From IMG/VR virus record IMGVR_UViG_3300037991_007240, positions 1 to 46,509 of that record: DNA of 46,509 bases; one strand, 5' to 3'. This stretch comes from a virus (taxonomy: Duplodnaviria > Caudoviricetes). How positions within the stretch are numbered: the stretch's first letter is position 1; each line of letters begins with the position of its first letter. A model generated the notes under the pieces. It ran no database searches and was not told the origin of the DNA. It was given only the letters and a program-made list of their open reading frames with translations. Position numbers and translations under genes: made by a program. Shown here piece by piece: positions 1-7,029 of the stretch.

Positions 1-2
1 GC

Positions 3-206
3 CTTTCCGGTGTAATAATTATACCTTTCAAGTCTTACTTTATTGTATGACTCTCTCGCTTTTTCTCTCAAGAGAGTAATTGTATTGTAGAGTGTGTAAT
101 ACTTGGAATGTAATTGTGGAATTTTTAATGATTCATCATGTAAGTTATCAGGATCGATTTGGGAATCTTTTGCCCACATCTCCTGAATTTTGTCAAGGTC
201 CATCAT
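3..206 (-). CDS. uvsY: Recombination mediator UvsY, 5' part only (runs off the window edge)
   Basis: Not in the ORF track. Manual translation gives MMDLDKIQEMWAKDSQIDPDNLHDESLKIPQLHSKYYTLYNT..., which resembles the cyanophage UvsY N-terminus. The ATG overlaps the g3 stop (ATGA), and g23-g3-uvsY is the usual order. Confidence 0.85.
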   Translation of the reverse strand, partial: MMDLDKIQEMWAKDSQIDPDNLHDESLKIPQLHSKYYTLYNTITLLREKARESYNKVRLERYNYYTGK

Positions 207-751
207 AAGCGAGTTCTTCCATTAGGTCCTAGGATATCGTACATAGTATACTTGAAAGTGACCTCTGCTGTAAAGTACTGTATGTCAGTTTCTGTTGCTT
301 CAAATTCCAAAGATGTCAAATATGTTGGAAATAAATCTTTAAATTTTACAACAGCAACATCTCTAAAATTGCTGTTTAAAATATGAAGACTTCCATCACT
401 AAATTGTTTTTTGTAATCTTCAATCCCATCATCTTCTTTTAGTAAGTCATCAAATTCTTTCAGAGAATCTGGACTTCCAAGACCTCTCAACCAATTATGA
501 ATTAGCATGTAATTTTCTAGATTTTCATCTACCAAAAATCTTAATGATAAATCTCCATAAGACAATTTATCTCCTGGAACATCAACATCCTTTAAGTATG
601 ATGGTTGGTTGATAGTTCCTAAACTGATTTCTGGTATTCTAGAAGAGTTTGAAAAAAAATCTACCTTAGGGTGTTTTGCTAAAGTAAATTTAAATCCAAC
701 AGGAGATAAAAAATTTCTATTTCCTATCTGCCCACTAAATGCATTTGTCAT
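203..751 (-). CDS. g3: Tail completion / tail tube terminator protein gp3
   Basis: 182 aa with NFLSPVGFKF, IPEISLG, VPGDKLSYGDL.LRFLVDENLENY and F.DLFPT.L motifs of the gp3/gp19-like family. Lies between g23 and uvsY. Confidence 0.85.
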   Translation of the reverse strand: MTNAFSGQIGNRNFLSPVGFKFTLAKHPKVDFFSNSSRIPEISLGTINQPSYLKDVDVPGDKLSYGDLSLRFLVDENLENYMLIHNWLRGLGSPDSLKEFDDLLKEDDGIEDYKKQFSDGSLHILNSNFRDVAVVKFKDLFPTYLTSLEFEATETDIQYFTAEVTFKYTMYDILGPNGRTRL

Positions 752-753
752 TA

Positions 754-909
754 TCAGTCAATAATAATATTAAACCATTGCTCACTCATTCCACTAATAA
801 TCTTATCAGCAGACTCCTTATCTTCTGCATATCCTTCAGCAATCAGATGCTCAACGATCTTCTCGTAGTGTCCATGAGCTTCTTGAGTTTCTCTAGGTGT
901 TGGTTTCAT
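754..909 (-). CDS. Small hypothetical late protein, 51 aa (MKPTPRETQEAHGHYEKIVEHLIAEGYAEDKESADKIISGMSEQWFNIIID)
   Basis: Manual translation, below the ORF-track cut-off. It has its own TATAAATA 13 nt upstream, ends in TGA-TAA overlapping the g3 ATG, and fills the gap between the g23 terminator and g3. Confidence 0.75.
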   Translation of the reverse strand: MKPTPRETQEAHGHYEKIVEHLIAEGYAEDKESADKIISGMSEQWFNIIID

Positions 910-922
910 GGTTCAAAGCGTT

Positions 923-930
923 TATTTATA
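923..930 (-). promoter_or_regulatory. T4-type late (gp55) promoter TATAAATA for the 51-aa ORF/g3/uvsY
   Basis: Exact consensus immediately downstream of the g23 terminator, with an overlapping CTAAATA. Confidence 0.8.
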
Positions 931-937
931 TTTAGAT

Positions 938-965
938 AAAAAAAGAGGGTCCCGAAGGACCCTCT
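938..965 (-). terminator. Rho-independent terminator after g23 with a C(UUCG)G tetraloop
   Basis: AGAGGGTCC-TTCG-GGACCCTCT followed by a U-tract on the minus strand. UUCG loops are typical of T4-like phage terminators. Confidence 0.92.
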
Positions 966-987
966 GAGAAAACCTTGTGAAAAAGGA

Positions 988-2352
988 TCACATGAGGTTG
1001 GAAACAATAACACGTCTGTAGTAACGGTTGTCGTTCTGGACGATACCACCGGAGGTAGCACCACCAGCAGCGCCAGCGAATGGGTTAGCAGCAAGACCAT
1101 AACGAGTCTTGAATCCGATCTTAGGCTGGAAGGTGTTCTCGCCAACGGCACGGACCATCTGAAGAGGAACGTATGGGCAATAGAACAGACCTGCGTCATA
1201 AGGTGAAGTACCCTTATAACCAGCAACGAAATACTGGAGACCGTTCGAACCGCCAACTGCATTAGCAGAATATGGATCGATGTAGACACGATACTTACCA
1301 GCAAGTACACCTGCGAAGGTGTTACCGGTGTCATCAACGTTCAGGTTAGCGTTGAGTGCAGGGGTGTAATCGAGTACGCCTGCCATGGTGAGTGCGGAAG
1401 CAACATCTGCGGAACACAGAATCATGTTGCCCTTCCCTCTACGAGTCTCTTGGGCGATAGCGTTTGCTTCACGCTCGATTTGGAACAGGAGACCCTTGAA
1501 CTTCTCAACAGACCAGCGACCGTTGGAATCAACGTCCAGATCGAAACGACCAGGAGTTGCAACGTTTGCTTGAGCACCAGGACGTGCAGACTTGTAGATG
1601 GTTCTGATGACTTCACGGTTGATCTCAGCAAGAATCTCAGTAGAGAGAATGTTTGCGAGTTCAGCCTCAGCATTCAGACCATGGATTGCCTTGAGGTCTT
1701 GTGCCAGTTCCAGGGAGTACTCTGCCTTGAGTGCTCTGGACTTTGCAGTAACAGCGACCTTCTCGATCGAGAAGCCCATCTGGTTGAAGGTCTGACCATC
1801 GCCAAGATCTTCAGCCTGAGCGGTATCCATACCGCGACCAACGGAATATGCATTTCCGCTTTCGCCAGAGTTACCAAGCAGAGCAGGGTTGCCACCAAGT
1901 TGACCAGTAGTACCGAAACCGGTAGTACCACCAACACCACTATTAGCAGTATATGCGCCACTAGTGTTGATTCCGCTGTTAGAGAATGCGGTATCTGCTT
2001 CGTCGAAGAGTGCCTCGGTACCGGCCATGCCGTCATAACGGGCTCTCATAGCGAAGATGAGTCCGGTAGGACCATTCATTGGTTGAACGCCTGCGAGGTC
2101 ATATGCGACCAGGTTAGGCATTGCACGTCTGATCAGGGAGATCAGAACTGGGTCGAAGTTTGAAACTCCACCACTTGAAACGGAGTTAGTAGGTGCTTCG
2201 CCGAGGAATTCCTTTTCCTCACGGAGCATTTTTTCTTGGTTCTCCAGAAGAACTGCGGTGACCATTCTACGATGGGAGTCGGAAATACCGCCTTCGTGGT
2301 CGAGAATAGGTGCCCACTTCTCCTGAAGGTGTTCAGCATTGAAACCTTGCAT
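988..2352 (-). CDS. g23: Major capsid protein gp23
   Basis: 454 aa with DPVLISLIRRAMPNLVAYDLAGVQPMNGPTGLIFAMR, KSRALKAEYSLELAQDLKAIHGL, GLFYCPYVPLQM and FQPKIGFKTRYG. Predicted maturation site FLGE52/A53. Confidence 0.99.
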   Translation of the reverse strand: MQGFNAEHLQEKWAPILDHEGGISDSHRRMVTAVLLENQEKMLREEKEFLGEAPTNSVSSGGVSNFDPVLISLIRRAMPNLVAYDLAGVQPMNGPTGLIFAMRARYDGMAGTEALFDEADTAFSNSGINTSGAYTANSGVGGTTGFGTTGQLGGNPALLGNSGESGNAYSVGRGMDTAQAEDLGDGQTFNQMGFSIEKVAVTAKSRALKAEYSLELAQDLKAIHGLNAEAELANILSTEILAEINREVIRTIYKSARPGAQANVATPGRFDLDVDSNGRWSVEKFKGLLFQIEREANAIAQETRRGKGNMILCSADVASALTMAGVLDYTPALNANLNVDDTGNTFAGVLAGKYRVYIDPYSANAVGGSNGLQYFVAGYKGTSPYDAGLFYCPYVPLQMVRAVGENTFQPKIGFKTRYGLAANPFAGAAGGATSGGIVQNDNRYYRRVIVSNLM

Positions 2353-2399
2353 TTGAATTTACCTTGTTAAAAATTTTAGTTTGATTTATAATTTAAAAA

Positions 2400-3563
2400 T
2401 CACTTTTTTGAGACTCTGCCCAGGGTATTCAGATATGATTCCATAAGAGGAGTTACTGAATCATCAGCAACAGTCATATCAGAATCTTCGGAAATAGTAT
2501 CCGATTCGTCTCTTTGAGCACTAGCAGTTTCCGAGAAATAAGATTTTCTCAGAGTAACCAGTTTCTCACGATAGTTCTCTTCACTATCAAACTCAACATT
2601 TTCGGCAAGAGAAGCGAGTTTATCCTTTTGCGAAAGTGCAAGACCTTCACAAACCTCGGAGAAGATTACATCAGCAACCGACTCAGCTAATCTTTGATTT
2701 AAAGCAATATTAGATTTAATTTGCTCGTTGAGTTTATCTTCCATCTCATCTAATTTCTCTACCATGGTAGAGAGTACATCATACTTCTCTTCAGGGATAG
2801 TTACATAATGTTCTTCAAAAAGACCCTTCATTCCGGTGAGGAATGATTCAGTCATTTCAGTCTTGAGACCCTGCTCAATAGCGAGTTGATTTTCTTTGAC
2901 CCACTCTTCAGCAACATACTCAAGATATGCATCAACTCTAGTAGTCAGTTCTTCCTTAATGGTAGAAACTTCTTCCTCAAGAGTTGTTTCATATTGTGCC
3001 TTCAGTTCTTCTTGAACTTCAGCAACTTTTGTCTTGATAGCAGTTTCGAAGATGGTACGTGCTTTCTCTTGGAACTCCTCAGAAAGCTCTTCGCCAGCAA
3101 GAAGTGCTTCAACATCTTCTTCGATGTTGTATTCTGCCTTAATTTCTTCCTCTTCAGAAACAACTTCCTCTTCGGTAGTTTCCTCTTCGGCAACTACTTC
3201 GGTTTCTGCAGTCTCTTCAGTAGTCTCTTCTTCAGCGACTACTTCGGTTTCTGCTGTTTCTTCTGTGGTCTCTTCTTCAGCAACAACTTCCCCTTCAACC
3301 TCTTCCTCTTCTTTTGCCATCTTTTTCATTGGTTCAGCAGGTTTTGCACCTCTGTTAACAATGTCTTTGACAGTCGCTAAAGAAGGCTCCTTAAGTTTTG
3401 CGGAGTCGTCATCGACTTTATAGTTTTCTGGTGTAGGACCGCCGAGATCTTCCACTGCAGGTTGCCCAGGAGTTGATTGGGACAACTTTTGCATTGGTTC
3501 AGCTGCAGCAGCACCCTTGGTTACTACGTTTTCCATTTCTTGTAAATTGCTACCAACGGACAT
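2400..3563 (-). CDS. g22: Prohead core scaffolding protein gp22
   Basis: Very acidic coiled-coil protein with LSEEFQEKARTIFE, VDAYLEYVAEEW and KGLFEEHYV motifs. Lies between g21 and g23. Confidence 0.93.
   Translation of the reverse strand: MSVGSNLQEMENVVTKGAAAAEPMQKLSQSTPGQPAVEDLGGPTPENYKVDDDSAKLKEPSLATVKDIVNRGAKPAEPMKKMAKEEEEVEGEVVAEEETTEETAETEVVAEEETTEETAETEVVAEEETTEEEVVSEEEEIKAEYNIEEDVEALLAGEELSEEFQEKARTIFETAIKTKVAEVQEELKAQYETTLEEEVSTIKEELTTRVDAYLEYVAEEWVKENQLAIEQGLKTEMTESFLTGMKGLFEEHYVTIPEEKYDVLSTMVEKLDEMEDKLNEQIKSNIALNQRLAESVADVIFSEVCEGLALSQKDKLASLAENVEFDSEENYREKLVTLRKSYFSETASAQRDESDTISEDSDMTVADDSVTPLMESYLNTLGRVSKK
3147..3290 (-). repeat. Intragenic 45-bp tandem repeat in g22 (EVVAEEETTEETAET x2 plus partial copies)
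   Basis: The two full copies are identical in protein but differ at synonymous DNA positions. Confidence 0.9.
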
Positions 3564-3595
3564 TTGATTAAATATTTTTTGTATTAATCTATATT

Positions 3596-3603
3596 TATTT
3601 ATA
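3596..3603 (-). promoter_or_regulatory. Late promoter TATAAATA for g22-g23
   Basis: TATAAATAAATA directly after the g21 stop, about 30 nt upstream of the g22 ATG. Confidence 0.85.
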
Positions 3604-3605
3604 AA

Positions 3606-4256
3606 TTAAAGATTTGAGAGAAATTCGCTGAATAAGTTCAGCTTATGCTCTTCAAGTGCTTTTTGGTCAACGAGAGTGTTAATTCTCTTCTGAGTCTTCT
3701 CTGCGAGTTGTTCACGAAGAATTCCTCCATCCCAAACCCACTCTTTTCCTTCCATAATTCCCTGAACAAAAGCATCAGGTGCAGAAGGATCGGCAACGAT
3801 ATCAGCAGCAGTTGCTAACATGAAATCTTCGCCAACGACTTTGATCCCATTATGATTCTCTCTTAAAGATCCAACACCACGAGAAGAAACTCCAAGCATT
3901 ACACCTTCATCGAGAAGAGAAGATGCAATTTTGCCCATAGGGGTGTTAAGGATTTGTGCTTTTCCTCTAAAATTAGATCCTTCTCTAACCAGAGAAGTAA
4001 TTTTATGAGAAACTCTGTCAAGATTTACGGTAGGACCATCAGGATGACCGAGTTCTCCAAGAGCACGTCCTTTTGAAACAAATGATTCATTATATCTACT
4101 AACCTCTTTCTCAAGAGTGCTCATAGGATACATTCTTCCATTACGATTCTTTAAATCACCCTGAAGAAATACACCTTCGATGTATAACCTCTTATTGACA
4201 CCCTTACCTTCGGTAACGATCTGTACGTTTGAAATTTCTTCTGTGATGAGTTTCAT
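3606..4256 (-). CDS. g21: Prohead protease gp21
   Basis: MKLITE start, LYIEGVFLQ, NRNGRMYP, ALGELGHP (catalytic His), GVSSRGVGS (catalytic Ser) and DIVADPSAPDAFV. Confidence 0.98.
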   Translation of the reverse strand: MKLITEEISNVQIVTEGKGVNKRLYIEGVFLQGDLKNRNGRMYPMSTLEKEVSRYNESFVSKGRALGELGHPDGPTVNLDRVSHKITSLVREGSNFRGKAQILNTPMGKIASSLLDEGVMLGVSSRGVGSLRENHNGIKVVGEDFMLATAADIVADPSAPDAFVQGIMEGKEWVWDGGILREQLAEKTQKRINTLVDQKALEEHKLNLFSEFLSNL

Positions 4257-4261
4257 TTTTC

Positions 4262-4531
4262 TTAGTTTGTGAATGCTATCTGAGAACCGAATACCGTACC
4301 AGCACTAACTGCACCACCTGCTGCTAGTTCTACTACAATATTTGCACCAATTTCTTTTTCAACAGAAAGTCTTTCTCCTCCTGCCATATGAATTTCATAA
4401 GATGCAGTTCCTGCAATAATTACTTTTACTGCAGCGGCATTTGTATTAATGATTGATACCAATCTTGCAGCATCTAAATCAGCAGATGCACTAAAAAGAT
4501 CTTTACCAAGACTTACTGGCTTTACAGTCAT
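4262..4531 (-). CDS. Hypothetical virion-associated protein, 89 aa
   Basis: Beta-rich small ORF between g20 and g21, translationally coupled to the upstream ORF (ATGA). Function unknown. Confidence 0.75.
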   Translation of the reverse strand: MTVKPVSLGKDLFSASADLDAARLVSIINTNAAAVKVIIAGTASYEIHMAGGERLSVEKEIGANIVVELAAGGAVSAGTVFGSQIAFTN

Positions 4532-4695
4532 TCTTCTGTTTCCTCTACTTCGGATTCATCAAACATAGATGCTCCGACTACTGGACGAAGAGATTGAATT
4601 CTCTCTGCCGCCTTTCCATACAGAACGTCTTTCAGTTTGTCACTAATTTCGGAAGCAGATACATCAGCACCGATTAAATTTACGATTTCTTCCAT
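4528..4695 (-). CDS. Small acidic prohead core protein (gp67-like position), 55 aa (MEEIVNLIGADVSASEISDKLKDVLYGKAAERIQSLRPVVGASMFDESEVEETEE)
   Basis: Manual translation. Directly follows g20 and a late promoter, has an acidic C-terminus, and its stop overlaps the next ATG. Confidence 0.75.
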   Translation of the reverse strand: MEEIVNLIGADVSASEISDKLKDVLYGKAAERIQSLRPVVGASMFDESEVEETEE

Positions 4696-4722
4696 GAAAA
4701 AAATTGATATAACTATATTTTC

Positions 4723-4730
4723 TATTTATA
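4723..4730 (-). promoter_or_regulatory. Late promoter TATAAATA overlapping the g20 stop codon
   Basis: Exact consensus that uses the g20 TAA. Confidence 0.8.
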
Positions 4731-6378
4731 TCTCGGCAGCTTTGCCGTCTGCATCAGTAATTCCACCATCTATCTCAGGTTCCATAGGGACATCTCCAAG
4801 CATTTCTCCTTCACCTTCTGCTGGTAATGGTTCTCCCGTAACAGGATCTATAGAACTTGGGTCTGGAATGATTCCATTTTCAATTTCCTTTTCAATCTGA
4901 TCATCCATCTCTTCAATTTCAGAATCTGTCTGACGAAGAACTTTCTTACGTACCCATTCTGTAGAATAATACTTTCCAATATATGGTTCAATAGTTGCTA
5001 AGATACCAAGACGCTCATTAAGCATCTCAGTTTCTTTCAATTCTGCAAACTGATTATCGTATAAGAAATCATATTGAATATGATCACTAATTGAATCCCA
5101 ATCTTCTATAGACACTACGTTTTTGAGAATCAATTGTGTTTTCAACATATCATTAAACATTTGAGCAAATCTTTTTCTCAAACGTCCAACAAACTTAGAA
5201 AACTTGAGTTCATCTCTCAGGATCTCAGAAGACCGACCGAGATTGAAACCACCGTCGGCAGCAATTCTTGATTCTGGTACTCCAAGTGCTCTATAAAGTT
5301 TCTTCTGGAAATATTCAATATCAGAAAGTTCTCCGAGATTTTGACCACCAGGAAGTGTGGAGATTTCAGTTCCTCTTCCACCTTCGCGACGAGGGAGCCA
5401 GAAATCTTCAAGCATACTCATATGCTTGCGGTCATCACGAACTTCACCAGTGTTTGCATCATATATTTGTTTGTTACGATAACGCATCATAACATCACGG
5501 AGATATTGTTCTGCCTTTACCTTTGGAAGATTTCCTACATCAATATAAAAAATACGACGTTCTGGCGCACGGGACATACGATAAATGACTAGCGAGTCTT
5601 CAATCATTCTAAGTTGATTAAGAGACTTGATTGCCTTGTGAAGATAAGAAAGAATTGATCCCTTATTTCTATCTACAAGACCTGAAGTGCAATATGTAAT
5701 TGCATCTTTAGCAATTTTAGTTCCCTTAGTTCCACCACCACCACTCATAACTCCCGTAGGATAGTTTGGTTTTGGCGTAAATACAAAATATTCCTCAATT
5801 TCTGGAGCAACAGCACTATTAGTTTTTTGTCCTGGAATATTTGGTCCTATAAGATTTTTATCTTTTTTCTTTTCTTGGCGGACAAACCGCATTTTCATCG
5901 GATCAATATATCTTAATTCTTTAATTCCTTCCTGAGGATTCTTTAGATCAATTACTTTATGATAATAAAGTCTTCCATCAACATACCAATTTCTAAAAAT
6001 TTCATGTGATTTCTTGTCAAAATCTAAAAGTTCTTTAAGATATTTAAATTCTTCTCTAATTGCTTTTTTTAATTTATCTGTAGCATTCAGATTTGAAAGT
6101 TCTATTTCTATAGGAGAATCGTAGAGGTCACTAACAAGTGCCTCATTTACAACATCTTCTATAGCATTGTCACACTCTGGGTGCAACGACATTTCTCTAT
6201 ATCTTTTAATTAAATCAAATTCTGTTCTATATTGCCCTTCAATATCTACATACGAACCATAAAATCCACTGCTTATATAGTTGTCAACCCCGTCCTCATT
6301 ATTTTGAGGAACGGGGGAAACTATACCTTTGGATTTTTTTTCTGTATCCTCAATAGAAAAACCAAAAAGTTTTGCCAT
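4726..6378 (-). CDS. g20: Portal vertex protein gp20
   Basis: WYVDGRLYYHK, SYLHKAIKSLNQLRMIEDSLVIYR..RAPERRIFYIDVGNLPK and EDFWLPRREGGRGTEISTLPGG. Confidence 0.99.
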   Translation of the reverse strand: MAKLFGFSIEDTEKKSKGIVSPVPQNNEDGVDNYISSGFYGSYVDIEGQYRTEFDLIKRYREMSLHPECDNAIEDVVNEALVSDLYDSPIEIELSNLNATDKLKKAIREEFKYLKELLDFDKKSHEIFRNWYVDGRLYYHKVIDLKNPQEGIKELRYIDPMKMRFVRQEKKKDKNLIGPNIPGQKTNSAVAPEIEEYFVFTPKPNYPTGVMSGGGGTKGTKIAKDAITYCTSGLVDRNKGSILSYLHKAIKSLNQLRMIEDSLVIYRMSRAPERRIFYIDVGNLPKVKAEQYLRDVMMRYRNKQIYDANTGEVRDDRKHMSMLEDFWLPRREGGRGTEISTLPGGQNLGELSDIEYFQKKLYRALGVPESRIAADGGFNLGRSSEILRDELKFSKFVGRLRKRFAQMFNDMLKTQLILKNVVSIEDWDSISDHIQYDFLYDNQFAELKETEMLNERLGILATIEPYIGKYYSTEWVRKKVLRQTDSEIEEMDDQIEKEIENGIIPDPSSIDPVTGEPLPAEGEGEMLGDVPMEPEIDGGITDADGKAAEI

Positions 6379-6407
6379 AGTATAAACTGACTAGACTGTT
6401 ATTTTAC

Positions 6408-6415
6408 TATTTAGC
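6408..6415 (-). promoter_or_regulatory. Late promoter variant GCTAAATA for g20
   Basis: Overlaps the g19 stop, about 30 nt upstream of the g20 ATG. Confidence 0.65.
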
Positions 6416-7010
6416 TGATGTCTTCTCCACCTGCTTGAGCGTCAGTTCCTCTAAATGCTTCCCAATAATGGACTTGCATTTCTACGGTAAACTCTTGGAT
6501 CGTATCAGTAGTTTCATAATTCAAATCAATCGTAGAGATGTTCGTTGGGAAAATATCCCAGAACTTGTAAGATCTGAGAACTCCTCCATTACGATCAAGT
6601 TGCTTAACTGTTGCATCCTTATAGTAAGTATTTGGATCAGTAAGTCCTGTTGCATCAGTCATTTTGTTGATTGTATTCATCCACTTTTCAAAAGCAGAAC
6701 GAATTGAGAAATCAACATCGTTAATGACAGTAATTGTCCAAGTTTCAAACGTTCTATCACCTGCTACTTTCAGAATACGACCTCTAAAAGGAACATCGAC
6801 AGAAGCAATTGTAGAGGCAGGCAGTGCTGCTGCCTTTACAAGGAATCTAGACTTTTCAAGAACTTCTGCCTGATTAGCAGGTTTTGCTGCATCAGGGAAT
6901 GCTAATACTACTTCAAATAGATTGGGTCTTGCACCACCACCAGATAACTTACTCTTAAAATCACTAATTGTTCTTACTGGTGAGGTATTACGTTGTTGGC
7001 GACTAGGCAT
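6411..7010 (-). CDS. g19: Tail tube protein gp19
   Basis: GGGARPNLFEV, VPFRGRILKVAGDRTFETWTITVIND and FPTNISTIDL. Lies between g18 and g20. Confidence 0.97.
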   Translation of the reverse strand: MPSRQQRNTSPVRTISDFKSKLSGGGARPNLFEVVLAFPDAAKPANQAEVLEKSRFLVKAAALPASTIASVDVPFRGRILKVAGDRTFETWTITVINDVDFSIRSAFEKWMNTINKMTDATGLTDPNTYYKDATVKQLDRNGGVLRSYKFWDIFPTNISTIDLNYETTDTIQEFTVEMQVHYWEAFRGTDAQAGGEDIS

Positions 7011-7029
7011 TTTTCTTTAATCCTCTAAA

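Noticed and set aside
1450-2163. 237-aa plus-strand ORF antisense to g23, and other ORFs overlapping g23
   Set aside because: Shadow ORFs expected from the strong codon bias of g23. No RBS or promoter and no protein-like motifs.
2383-2390. TATAAATC upstream of g23 as a late promoter
   Set aside because: It has a mismatch at the conserved final A. Plausible but not supportable, and g23 can be transcribed from the g22 promoter.
3147-3290. Regularly spaced repeats that might suggest a CRISPR array
   Set aside because: They are in-frame coding repeats with synonymous variation, have no unique spacers, and there are no cas genes.
2886-3423. Phe-rich and Ser-rich plus-strand ORFs
   Set aside because: They are mirror images of the Glu-rich GAA repeats in g22.
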